In this document: in pieces, positions 9,284 to 17,535 of the stretch
Layout: the number at the start of each line of letters is the position of its first letter
How positions within the stretch are numbered: position 1 is the first letter of the stretch
IMG/VR virus record: IMGVR_UViG_3300016665_000118
Coordinates: 1 to 32,633 of that record
Reading direction: 5' to 3' (one strand)
DNA length: 32,633 nucleotides
Source: a virus
Lineage: Duplodnaviria; Caudoviricetes
The notes under the pieces: model-generated
Database searches by the model: none
The model's input: only the letters and a program-made list of their open reading frames with translations
Told to the model about the DNA's origin: nothing
Position numbers and translations under genes: made by a program

Positions 9284-9961
9284 TCACCGGTTGATTTCAG
9301 ATGAGTAGTACTTGCCTTTATGCGTCCACACGTAGTCACCTAGCGTCCTTGATACAACTATGGCGTTATCACTCAAAATGAACTTCTGCTTCGCAAATGA
9401 CTCATCCATAGAACCTATGGCGTGTGCTTGCTCAATATCGTTCACTATACAGACAACACTTTCGGATGCGGTGACTTTCACCTTGTTGTCATTACAACTG
9501 ATAATGCTTTGACCCTTGGCTACAACAACGCACGCATTTGGACTGACCAAAACATTCCCGTGAACCTGCAACTTAGAACCAGTAGACTTCACGGTCACTG
9601 ATTCATGTGCTTCTACAGTAGAGCTCACACAATTGACAATTGTTTGACACGTTGCGAAGACTTTAGAATCTTTCGCAAATACAGTTCCACTACAAGCTGT
9701 AATTGTGCAGTCAGTTGCATTAAGGATGATGTTGGTGTTCTCGTCAATATATATCTCTGACTTATATGCTGTGATAGTCCCAGAACTTCCGCTGTCACAA
9801 TTAATTGCAGCATTCTCAGCACTTAGGTTTATTGCAGGGCTTGCACGTACTATGTAGCCTGTATCTTTGACAACTTTGGCTCCTTCGTAGTCAGATCCTG
9901 TCACGCCAGCCTTCAACATGGCACGCTTAAGCAACCACGCTGCTTTTTCTTTCTTTATCAT
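9284..9961 (-). CDS. Hypothetical protein with beta-solenoid-like repeats
   Basis: Repeats such as STVEAHES, SKVFATCQ, VKVTASES; ATGA-coupled start with GGAGG RBS. Confidence 0.65.
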   Translation of the reverse strand: MIKKEKAAWLLKRAMLKAGVTGSDYEGAKVVKDTGYIVRASPAINLSAENAAINCDSGSSGTITAYKSEIYIDENTNIILNATDCTITACSGTVFAKDSKVFATCQTIVNCVSSTVEAHESVTVKSTGSKLQVHGNVLVSPNACVVVAKGQSIISCNDNKVKVTASESVVCIVNDIEQAHAIGSMDESFAKQKFILSDNAIVVSRTLGDYVWTHKGKYYSSEINR

Positions 9962-10176
9962 TCCACTACCTCCCAATCATCTCTAACCTTCTGCGCTTGC
10001 TTGTCGTATAGATCCATTACAGGTGGGCAGTAGGTGTACCGATTACCTGATGTTAGATGCACAACAAGATGGTCTTCACCGATGGCTGAGAGTCTGATTA
10101 CTTTGCCAGACTCCCAAGCCTTACGCCTTATAGCCATACCCTCAAAGAGCCGAGGGTAAACCTGTGCGAATGTCAT
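9958..10176 (-). CDS. DUF2829/Tad2-like small protein
   Basis: Pattern MTFxQ...GxxIRRKAW...DL...DDWEVV. Confidence 0.6.
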   Translation of the reverse strand: MTFAQVYPRLFEGMAIRRKAWESGKVIRLSAIGEDHLVVHLTSGNRYTYCPPVMDLYDKQAQKVRDDWEVVE

Positions 10177-10658
10177 CGTGATAACGGCCTTGCGGTTGCT
10201 GGTCTTACTGGCTCATCAATAACAATGTTGCCGTGTGAGCCTCTACGATAGCCATCCTGAGGCGTTACCGCTCCGTTAGCGTCATCATCCTCATCTGCTG
10301 ATATAGCGAGCAGAGCGGACACAGAATATCTGCGACCATAAGTAAGAGCTGAACCAAGACCGTGAGCATCTGGTTTTGTTACCGGGATGGTTACCGTGGT
10401 TGCGATCCATTCACCGGAGGTGTGGATGATTCGTGACTCTACGGTTACAGCCTGCATGGTCTCAGGTTGTTGGCTGCCCTGCGTAAGCATCAAGCCGTTT
10501 GATGTCAGGATAGGGCGCAATGTGTCCAAGATGCTGTCAAGTGTTACATACTTAGATCTAAAGGCTGGGTTCTTGCCTTCCTTGATGATGCCCTGCATCT
10601 GGCTTTGTGCCTTGATGAGGGCTGGGGCGATTGCCCCAATGGTTTCCGATGTTGTCAT
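10173..10658 (-). CDS. erf: Erf-family single-strand annealing protein
   Basis: ALIKAQ..KEGKNPAFRSKYVTLDSI..HTSGEWI..GSALTYGRRYSVSALLAI..DDDAN. Confidence 0.9.
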   Translation of the reverse strand: MTTSETIGAIAPALIKAQSQMQGIIKEGKNPAFRSKYVTLDSILDTLRPILTSNGLMLTQGSQQPETMQAVTVESRIIHTSGEWIATTVTIPVTKPDAHGLGSALTYGRRYSVSALLAISADEDDDANGAVTPQDGYRRGSHGNIVIDEPVRPATARPLSR

Positions 10659-10708
10659 TACTTATCTCCGACCTTTTTGTTGATGCCACCAAAATGGTTG
10701 CTTGGTTC

Positions 10709-10736
10709 ATTATATGTCAAAAGAATATAATGTCAA
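10709..10736 (-). promoter_or_regulatory. Consensus sigma70 promoter for the leftward operon
   Basis: Minus-strand TTGACA (10736-10731), 16 bp, TATAAT (10714-10709). Confidence 0.8.
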
Positions 10737-10752
10737 ACACTTGACACTAGAT

Positions 10753-10777
10753 TATATAGTTGTGGTATATAGTTGAC
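10753..10777 (+). promoter_or_regulatory. Operator-like palindrome overlapping an extended -10 for a leaderless HTH gene
   Basis: TATATAG-TTGTG-GTATATA (10753-10771); TGTGG-TATATA followed by 6 nt and ATG 10778. Confidence 0.55.
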
Positions 10778-10999
10778 ATGATTCGAGGACTAAGCCAGCA
10801 ACAGCTGGCCAAAAAGATTGGTGCAACACAGCCGCAGGTATCCGACTGGATGACCGGGAAGAAGACACCAAACGCCGGTAACCTTACCAAGCTCGCTGAA
10901 GCCATGGACATGGCAGAGGAAGACTTGGCACGGTTGCTCACTATTCGTCGTAAGAGCCGGACTAAACCGACCGAACAACCAGAAACATTCAAGAACTAA
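10778..10999 (+). CDS. Xre/Cro-family HTH transcriptional regulator
   Basis: GLSQQQLAKKIGATQPQVSDWMTGKKTP...LTKLAEAM; located at a divergent promoter region. Confidence 0.9.
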   Translation: MIRGLSQQQLAKKIGATQPQVSDWMTGKKTPNAGNLTKLAEAMDMAEEDLARLLTIRRKSRTKPTEQPETFKN

Positions 11000-11021
11000 A
11001 AGGTAATAGGGAGACAAGGCA

Positions 11022-11330
11022 ATGAAGCGTTGTAATGATTGTGCGGATCGTGTAGTGGATACAGATGCAATCTGTACTGGTTGCCGTATGGCAGAGTGGC
11101 GAGATCAGCAGGAGCAGGCACGGCAGGCACGGGAAAAGGCTTATGCATTGGAAGCTCATCGGGCTGCATACCTGAGCCGCAAGAAGATGATTCGGGACAG
11201 CATCAAAGCTGGTGTTATCACTGCGATTGGCTTCCTGCTTTTCTTGGCATTGTTCCAAGCAACGAAGGATGCCATGCGGTACGAGTGGGAAACCAAGCCA
11301 GCACTGCTCAGAGCGCAGGGTGTTAGATGA
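11022..11330 (+). CDS. Hypothetical protein with CxxC...CxxC and one hydrophobic helix
   Basis: RBS GGGAG; CNDC and CTGC motifs; VITAIGFLLFLALF. Confidence 0.7.
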   Translation: MKRCNDCADRVVDTDAICTGCRMAEWRDQQEQARQAREKAYALEAHRAAYLSRKKMIRDSIKAGVITAIGFLLFLALFQATKDAMRYEWETKPALLRAQGVR

Positions 11331-12319
11331 GTAACTACACATTACTGCAAGGGCATTGTCTGGAAGTACTCCGGACATTGCCCAAAGAATCTGTACAAAC
11401 CTGCGTTACATCGCCTCCTTATTTTGGCTTACGTGATTACGGATGCGATGGGCAGATTGGACTAGAGTCTACACCTGATGCTTTTGTCGCTTCATTGGTT
11501 GATGTGTTTGCTGAAGTGCATCGTGTTTTGAAGTCAGACGGTACGCTTTGGCTCAACCTTGGTGATAGTTATGCTGCCCAGCGTGGCGGTACTTCTATGC
11601 CAGCGGAAACTTTAGCGGGTGGTGTTGGTGGTAAAGGTGACAAGGCTGCACACCGTGGACATGATGGAGCAGCTGGACACGCTCACCGAAACGCCACCAA
11701 TATAGGGCTAAAGCACAAAGACCTTATCGGCATCCCTTGGCGTGTTGCGTTTGCTCTCCAGCAGTACGGCTGGTATCTACGACAAGACATCATTTGGCAC
11801 AAGCCAAACCCGATGCCAGAATCAGTAACCGACCGATGCACCAAGGCACACGAATACATCTTTTTGTTGAGTAAATCACAAAAGTATTTTTACGACATCG
11901 ATGCTATAAGGGAGCCTCATTTACACGCAAGTGACCCAAGGAACGATGGTAAACGGCATACATATTCAGACCATGCTAAACATAATCAAGTTGACCCAGT
12001 GCGGCAAAGGACAAAAACAGACTGTGTGTCATTTCATCCTAACGGACGCAACAAGAGAAGCGTTTGGACTGTTACTACAAAGCCATTCAAGGGCGCACAC
12101 TTTGCCGTGTATCCAACAGAGTTGATACGTCCTTGTATTCTTGCTGGTAGCCGCCCCGGTGACACCGTACTTGACCCATTCAACGGAAGCGGCACAACTG
12201 GTTTTGTGTCAATGGAAGAACGGCGCAAGTACATCGGTATTGATATCAACGACGAGTACTTAGCCATTGCAGAGGCTCGCATCAAATCGGCTCAAGTTCA
12301 AGAGCAGATGGATTTCTAG
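11327..12319 (+). CDS. Site-specific DNA methyltransferase (N4/N6 family, beta class)
   Basis: TSPPY catalytic motif N-terminal; VLDPFNGSGTTG SAM-binding motif C-terminal. Confidence 0.92.
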   Translation: MSNYTLLQGHCLEVLRTLPKESVQTCVTSPPYFGLRDYGCDGQIGLESTPDAFVASLVDVFAEVHRVLKSDGTLWLNLGDSYAAQRGGTSMPAETLAGGVGGKGDKAAHRGHDGAAGHAHRNATNIGLKHKDLIGIPWRVAFALQQYGWYLRQDIIWHKPNPMPESVTDRCTKAHEYIFLLSKSQKYFYDIDAIREPHLHASDPRNDGKRHTYSDHAKHNQVDPVRQRTKTDCVSFHPNGRNKRSVWTVTTKPFKGAHFAVYPTELIRPCILAGSRPGDTVLDPFNGSGTTGFVSMEERRKYIGIDINDEYLAIAEARIKSAQVQEQMDF

Positions 12320-13140
12320 TGCAGGTAAGGCCAAGCATAATACGGCAGACGCTCCGAAGTCTATCCAAGGCTCCGGAGCGTTTACTGTTGCCAGAGGAGA
12401 TGGTTCTTCTGCATCGTGGCTGGTCTTCTGGCATCTATGCCGACGAGTGCCTTGATGCCATGATCCGCCATAACTTTGCCTTCATTCGTGAAGTGTGCAA
12501 GGTCATCAAGCACAAGGAACACTTTGTGGATGCCTGCCAGTACTGCGTTGAGGGCTTGATTCGTGCAATCGAAAAATGGGAACCAGAGCGTGGGTTGAGG
12601 TTTTCCACTTACGCACATCCTTGGATTTACCAGAAGCTCAGACGCTATCAATCTAACCAGTACAGAACCATCCGGATTGCTGAACACGCTCTCGTAAAAT
12701 GGCACAAACTCAAACGGCATTACGTCATCCTGGAACTCGAACTAAAGCGACCACCGACAGATGCAGAACTGTCCGAGCGTAGCGGGATGAGCCTTGAAAC
12801 TATCGACATCTGCCGTACCGCAGCAGGTATTGAGCCAGTAAGCATGGACACCCCGGTTCAAGGTTCTGAGCTGGTCTTAGGCGACACTGCCGTATTCGGT
12901 AGCACACAATCAGCCGAGGATGAATATCTATCCGAGATTGAAGAAGGAAGCCTGACCGAAGCACTCAGCAAGATGGACGATGAAACTCGGCAGATGCTCG
13001 TGTTGCACTATGGCTTAGATGGACGTGTACCACAGACGATACACATGGTGGCCAGTCGTTACCGTATGCCGCCTGTAGTGGTCAAGCAGAGGCTGACAGA
13101 GGCACTGCAAAGATTGAGAGAGACCTATGAAGCATCTTGA
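12319..13140 (+). CDS. Sigma70-family RNA polymerase sigma factor
   Basis: Region 2 GLIRAIEKWEPERGLRFSTYAHPWI; RTIRI; region 3 PTDAELS..VSMDTP; region 4-like C-terminus. Confidence 0.88.
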   Translation: MQVRPSIIRQTLRSLSKAPERLLLPEEMVLLHRGWSSGIYADECLDAMIRHNFAFIREVCKVIKHKEHFVDACQYCVEGLIRAIEKWEPERGLRFSTYAHPWIYQKLRRYQSNQYRTIRIAEHALVKWHKLKRHYVILELELKRPPTDAELSERSGMSLETIDICRTAAGIEPVSMDTPVQGSELVLGDTAVFGSTQSAEDEYLSEIEEGSLTEALSKMDDETRQMLVLHYGLDGRVPQTIHMVASRYRMPPVVVKQRLTEALQRLRETYEAS

Positions 13141-13486
13141 AGACCGGGAGCAGATAGCCCTGATTACTTGGATACGTTTGATGGAGTCTAAGCATCCTGA
13201 GCTTGCCACGATCTACCACTGCCCGAATGGCGGACATCGTGACATTCGTACAGCTGCAAAGTTTAAGGCAATGGGTGTGAAGGCGGGTGTCTGGGACATC
13301 TTCCTCCCTGCTCCGTTACCCGGTCTTTACATCGAGATGAAGGCAGGTAAGGGCAGGTTAACACCGGGACAGGTTGCATTCAGGGAAGCCTTGCAACCCT
13401 ACGGGTACAAGTTCATAGTGGCGTACTCTTGGCATGAAGCAGCACAGGCAATCGCCGAACACGTTGGTTTTACTTTCGATGTATGA
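13127..13486 (+). CDS. VRR-NUC family nuclease
   Basis: HCPNGG, GVKAGVWDI, LYIEMKAGKGRLTPGQ. Confidence 0.88.
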   Translation: MKHLEDREQIALITWIRLMESKHPELATIYHCPNGGHRDIRTAAKFKAMGVKAGVWDIFLPAPLPGLYIEMKAGKGRLTPGQVAFREALQPYGYKFIVAYSWHEAAQAIAEHVGFTFDV

Positions 13487-13492
13487 TGCTTT

Positions 13493-13575
13493 GTTGGTAC
13501 ACCAGCTGCTTATGATGGTTGCCTCGTAAGCATCGCAACCCGTCCAGTTATCCTCTACTGGGCGGGTTTGCTTTT
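13493..13575 (+). ncRNA. Candidate three-hairpin RNA ending in an intrinsic terminator
   Basis: TATGAT at 13482-13487; hairpins 13493-13506, 13507-13532, 13537-13568, each with one U-G pair valid only on +; then TGCTTTT. Confidence 0.45.
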
Positions 13576-13589
13576 GATGTATAGATAAT

Positions 13590-13616
13590 AAAAAAGGCCT
13601 CCCGAAGGAGGCCTTT
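13590..13616 (-). terminator. Intrinsic terminator of moron 1
   Basis: Minus strand AAAGGCCTCC-TTCG-GGAGGCCTTTTTT. Confidence 0.85.
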
Positions 13617-13629
13617 GACTTTGTTGGCT

Positions 13630-13815
13630 TTATGCAAGTCTGCAGATGAGCGATGCTTCATTCGCTGCAGTAACAACTTGCTGAAAGTTGTCAGCAGGGA
13701 TTGTAAAGCTGACTGCTCCAGCTCCGAGTTTTTCAGCAAGCCACATTTTGGCATTGTCGCTAACTGCGGTAACGGTGATTTCGCCATTGGCGATGGTGGT
13801 GTAGGTGAGATCCAT
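13630..13815 (-). CDS. Small hypothetical protein (61 aa), moron 1
   Basis: AAGGAG RBS; has its own promoter and terminator. Confidence 0.75.
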   Translation of the reverse strand: MDLTYTTIANGEITVTAVSDNAKMWLAEKLGAGAVSFTIPADNFQQVVTAANEASLICRLA

Positions 13816-13875
13816 TTCTGGTCTCCTTTCTGCCGAAGCGTCGGCTGCGAAGTTTCTAGTGCTTTCCACACACTG

Positions 13876-13904
13876 AATATACACTCTAAGTATATATATG
13901 TCAA
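13876..13904 (-). promoter_or_regulatory. Sigma70 promoter with embedded operator-like palindrome
   Basis: TTGACA-17-TATATT; 23 bp identical to 22146-22168. Confidence 0.8.
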
Positions 13905-14034
13905 GAAAAAAGACACAAAAGATTCTGATGTATAATGTTTGTAACCTTTCCTGTGGTTAGGACTTAGTCCACCCCTCGGAGTAGCTACCGAGGGGCAGTC
14001 CACGGAAGGGAATACACAGGAAAATGGTGACTCC

Positions 14035-14901
14035 ATGGCTATACCAGCCACGGATGCCGGGATGGCTATTGCCTTCCTTAGGCATCTATTCAAGCCGTAC
14101 TCTGACGGTTTCATTGAGATTCGACCACTCTCTAAGGTCAAACCCCACGCTAACCGAACCACCTACAGGTTGCCACACTGCCTCAAAGGTGATGAAGGGC
14201 AAGCCCTGACTCAGCACATTATGAGCCTTGCCATGCGTGGCTATGATGTCTATGTTGGTGTCTGTCCAAGGGTTGCCCCTGAAGGGCCGGGGCGTAAGCT
14301 CGGCAAGGATGCCATTGAGCAGGTTGGAGCAATGTGGGTAGACCTAGATGCCAAAGTACCGGGCAGTTCTGAAGCCCTACTAAATAACTGCGACATTGTT
14401 GTATCTACCGGTAACGGGTGGCACGGCTACAAGGTAGCACCAAGCCCTGCAAGAGTATCAAGCACAAGAGACAGGACAGCGATAGAAGCCAAGGTGCGGA
14501 GCTTTGCGAACAGCATCCTAACCGGAACCGATAACGTATCAAACGTAGATCGCATCTTGCGAGTTCCAGGAACGCTGAACTGGAAGGATGTTGATAACCC
14601 TAAGCCCGTGGTTTTACTCAAGGGTGGCGGCATAAAACCAACCTACAAGGAATCCTTGATTGTTCGACACCTCGGCGATGCTCGGTTGGACGCTCTGCTG
14701 GCTTCCGCAAAGCAGGGACAGTTAGGACGTGCAGAGCCACGCATCCGTCATGCAAGCGGTAGGATAACCGACCTGCTGGATGTTTTCTTTTTAGAAGCCG
14801 AGGAAGCCTGTGTGGCGTTTGAAAAAGACGAACGCTGGGAATACCGTTTGAATATTGTCCGTGCTGACCTGCCGGAGATTTTGGAGTATTACTTTGACTG
14901 A
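14035..14901 (+). CDS. DNA primase (RepB'/AEP-like)
   Basis: DVYVGV, WVDLD, VSTGNGWHGY, DRILRVPGTLNWK. Confidence 0.8.
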   Translation: MAIPATDAGMAIAFLRHLFKPYSDGFIEIRPLSKVKPHANRTTYRLPHCLKGDEGQALTQHIMSLAMRGYDVYVGVCPRVAPEGPGRKLGKDAIEQVGAMWVDLDAKVPGSSEALLNNCDIVVSTGNGWHGYKVAPSPARVSSTRDRTAIEAKVRSFANSILTGTDNVSNVDRILRVPGTLNWKDVDNPKPVVLLKGGGIKPTYKESLIVRHLGDARLDALLASAKQGQLGRAEPRIRHASGRITDLLDVFFLEAEEACVAFEKDERWEYRLNIVRADLPEILEYYFD

Positions 14902-16234
14902 TGATTTCTGGGATATCCCGATTATTCCTGACCCTAAGCCTGAGCGGAAGCACGGGAACAACAGCAACTATTCCGATGATGGAACGCTTGCTAAACTTAG
15001 GATGAGACATCCTGAAGGTGGAGGCCCTTACGGTGGTAGGGACAATGCGCTAACTGCTTGTGTTGGTTACATGAGATCCACACGAACTCACATTGACTTT
15101 GCCATGCCTGCAATTCTTGACTGGAACAAGCGGCTATGTGATCCACCACTTGAAGATTATCAAGTATATGAAAAGGTCGGAAGGGCTTGGGCAGAGTGGA
15201 AAGATTCCGACCTACCACCTCTAACACCTGCCATGCTGCGGGAGCAACTATCAGCACCGGTAGAAGAAGAAGACCCTATCCAATGGATGACATGGGCAGA
15301 CATCAAAGCCAAGGTAGCAGAGCTTGGGCCACTACGGTGGATTGTGCCAGACATGATTATGAACCGGGGGCTTACTTTTATCAGTGCAACATCTGGAGGT
15401 GGTAAGTCGTGGGCAGCTCTTGACCTACTGCGGGCAACAATGAACGGTGGAATGTGGCTGGGTTCTTTAGAGTGCATGAAAGCCAACGTCATGTACATTG
15501 ACGAAGAGATGGGATGTCAGGTGTTCTTTGACCGTGCTGATCAGTTAGGTATGGCTCCTGAGAACATCATTTATTCTGACCACCAGCGCATCAAGCTTGA
15601 AAATCCGAAGCATATGGCTTCTATCCTGCGGAAGATAAAAGACCTCAAGATTGATATCGTGATTGTAGATACGCTTGTTCGTGTTCACGGGCTTGACGAG
15701 AACAGCAATACCGAGATGGCTCGCTTGTACGGCTTGTTCTGCCAGATGAAGGATTGCGGAGCCGCCATCGTTGTTTTGCATCACAATCGAAAGTCCGGAA
15801 GCGAAAGCGGTATTGGACACGAACAGATGCGTGGTGCTGGTGACATTGTTAGCCAAGCAGACACGGTGTTCTCGATTTCACACAAGTCAGAGAACGATAC
15901 CTATACGATGGTCGTAACCAAGAACAGGCACTGGAGGCACAAGGAACGACAACCTGCCGTCTCTTGGACTATCGGGCCACAGGATGGCCGTTTGTGCCTC
16001 ATACACGCCGAACCTGAGGGTTTTGCAGCTAGGACGGGGCAATCTACCACTGATGCCATTCTTGCGTGTGTAGAGGCAAATCCGGGCATTGGTAAGAACA
16101 TCATTCATGCCAAGGTCGGAGGCAGGAAAGAAACCGTTCTGAATGCCATTGATGAACTAGTGCGGGAGAATCTTTTACACGCTGAGGCATCCTTGCGTGG
16201 TGGCTTCCGATACACCAAGAAAGGAGCCATTTGA
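14894..16234 (+). CDS. Replicative helicase: PriCT-like domain plus RepA-type AAA ATPase
   Basis: GGRDNAL..WN..CDPPL; Walker A ATSGGGKS; YIDEE; IVIVDTL; LHHNRK. TTG start after GGAG. Confidence 0.85.
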   Translation: MTDDFWDIPIIPDPKPERKHGNNSNYSDDGTLAKLRMRHPEGGGPYGGRDNALTACVGYMRSTRTHIDFAMPAILDWNKRLCDPPLEDYQVYEKVGRAWAEWKDSDLPPLTPAMLREQLSAPVEEEDPIQWMTWADIKAKVAELGPLRWIVPDMIMNRGLTFISATSGGGKSWAALDLLRATMNGGMWLGSLECMKANVMYIDEEMGCQVFFDRADQLGMAPENIIYSDHQRIKLENPKHMASILRKIKDLKIDIVIVDTLVRVHGLDENSNTEMARLYGLFCQMKDCGAAIVVLHHNRKSGSESGIGHEQMRGAGDIVSQADTVFSISHKSENDTYTMVVTKNRHWRHKERQPAVSWTIGPQDGRLCLIHAEPEGFAARTGQSTTDAILACVEANPGIGKNIIHAKVGGRKETVLNAIDELVRENLLHAEASLRGGFRYTKKGAI

Positions 16235-16441
16235 CCGGTTCCCAACGACTGGTTCCCTATATATAAGGAACTTAACTCTATTTTGGTTCCCCCAGTTTGG
16301 TTCCCCCAGACCCCCTCCGAACTGGGATGCCCCGAAAGGTGGGCATTCCCATACCAGACCAGTGAGGAGGGGTAGGGGAAAAGTATTTGTTTATATGACC
16401 GGTCAGGTTCCTCCGCTAAAGCGGGAACCAGAACCGGTCAA
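16233..16441. other. Candidate replication origin
   Basis: Non-coding gap after the helicase with five GGTTCC copies, an inverted GGAACC, GC hairpins and short AT patches. Confidence 0.45.
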
Positions 16442-16458
16442 GATGAAAGGTGGCTTGT

Positions 16459-16839
16459 ATGGCTCTTGAGATTTGGGATTGGGATACGTTCAAACGCAAA
16501 GCGCAGGAAGACGAGCTGTTGAACGGAGAGAAGTATCGTTACCAGTTTGATATTGCTAAAGCCTGGTTGAAATCAGGTGGTCGAGTGACGATGCATAGAT
16601 GGGCAATGCGCCGGGACTTTGAAACACACTTGATTCAAAAAGGAAAGAACATCATCTTGGTTGAGTGCGATGGTGAACGTCAAGTCTGGTGTACGTTGGA
16701 TCAGCTGCGGAACGATGACTTCATGTTGATTCCAAACAACCATGTAATCGGGGAGTTCAATGAATACCCTGCCTTCATGTATCAGGCTGATAAGTACGAA
16801 CAACCCATACGCAGAAGCAAGGTTGTAGTACAGCACTAA
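16459..16839 (+). CDS. Hypothetical protein with a divergent DUF2829/Tad2-like core
   Basis: FDIAKAWLKSGGRVTMHRW...WCTLDQLRNDDFMLI. Confidence 0.5.
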   Translation: MALEIWDWDTFKRKAQEDELLNGEKYRYQFDIAKAWLKSGGRVTMHRWAMRRDFETHLIQKGKNIILVECDGERQVWCTLDQLRNDDFMLIPNNHVIGEFNEYPAFMYQADKYEQPIRRSKVVVQH

Positions 16840-16848
16840 AAATAAAGT

Positions 16849-16878
16849 TTGACAGTTGATATCCTTAGGGTATATATT
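16849..16878 (+). promoter_or_regulatory. Sigma70 promoter with operator-like palindrome, upstream of SSB
   Basis: TTGACA-18-TATATT; 18/23 match to the moron promoter motif. Confidence 0.75.
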
Positions 16879-16989
16879 CTGTGTGTCGGTGATGGATGTG
16901 AAAATGCCCGCAAGGGTGAGCCCAGTGGTTCCGGTAAAGACCTTTCCATCATCGACATACTAGAGATCCAGTGGATCAAAGGAGAAACG

Positions 16990-17475
16990 ATGGGATTTTT
17001 TGCACAACACGGGAAGTTCTCGGAAGGCAGCGGAAAAAAGTACAGCGTGGCAGAGGCAGGCATCTATGCCTGTGCGCTGATCGATTGCGAAGCAACGCAG
17101 GGGAAGTCATTCGACAACCCAGACGTAATGGAGCCTAACTTTAAGTGGATTTTCGAGACCACTGAGGTAGGTGATGAAGACGGCCAGCCGTTCCGCTTTG
17201 TCCAGTTCACAAAGACCTTTTACGGTAACGAGCGGGCAAAGCTCACAATCCTGCTGGATGGCATGGTTGGACGTATGACCAGCCAGCAGTTTGCATCCCT
17301 TGACATTGAAGCCCTCAAGGCCAAGCAATGGCAGGTAGTGGTTGGAACCCGGCAGAAGATGAACGGTGAACTGACCAACATCATCGAGACCGTGAAGCCT
17401 GTCAAGGTTGCAGCTACAAAGCCACTAAAAAAAGTGGTGCAGGAAGATATCACCGACCCGTTTGAAGATGCATAG
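16990..17475 (+). CDS. Probable single-stranded DNA-binding protein
   Basis: AAGGAG RBS; OB-fold-like beta pattern; acidic aromatic tail EDITDPFEDA; replication module. Confidence 0.6.
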   Translation: MGFFAQHGKFSEGSGKKYSVAEAGIYACALIDCEATQGKSFDNPDVMEPNFKWIFETTEVGDEDGQPFRFVQFTKTFYGNERAKLTILLDGMVGRMTSQQFASLDIEALKAKQWQVVVGTRQKMNGELTNIIETVKPVKVAATKPLKKVVQEDITDPFEDA

Positions 17476-17535
17476 TAACGGGTAACTTGAAAAGGACAGG
17501 GGCTAACGCTCCTGTCCACCTTGGGAGATAAGAAC

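Noticed and set aside
11327-13486. Methyltransferase plus nuclease as a restriction-modification system
   Set aside because: VRR-NUC is a common phage junction-resolving nuclease; an orphan anti-restriction methyltransferase is the simpler reading.
14880-14901. Frameshift joining primase and helicase
   Set aside because: The helicase has GGAG plus TTG at normal spacing, and there is no canonical slippery site.
16197-16469. 90-aa ORF across the origin-like region
   Set aside because: It is a Pro/Arg-rich translation of repeats and hairpins, with no RBS.
16849-16989. N-terminal extension of the SSB ORF in the ORF track
   Set aside because: The TTG is the -35 box; the real start is ATG 16990 after AAGGAG.
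17494-17517. Hairpin GGACAGGGGC-TAAC-GCTCCTGTCC as a terminator
   Set aside because: There is no U tract; it is more likely a stability or processing hairpin.
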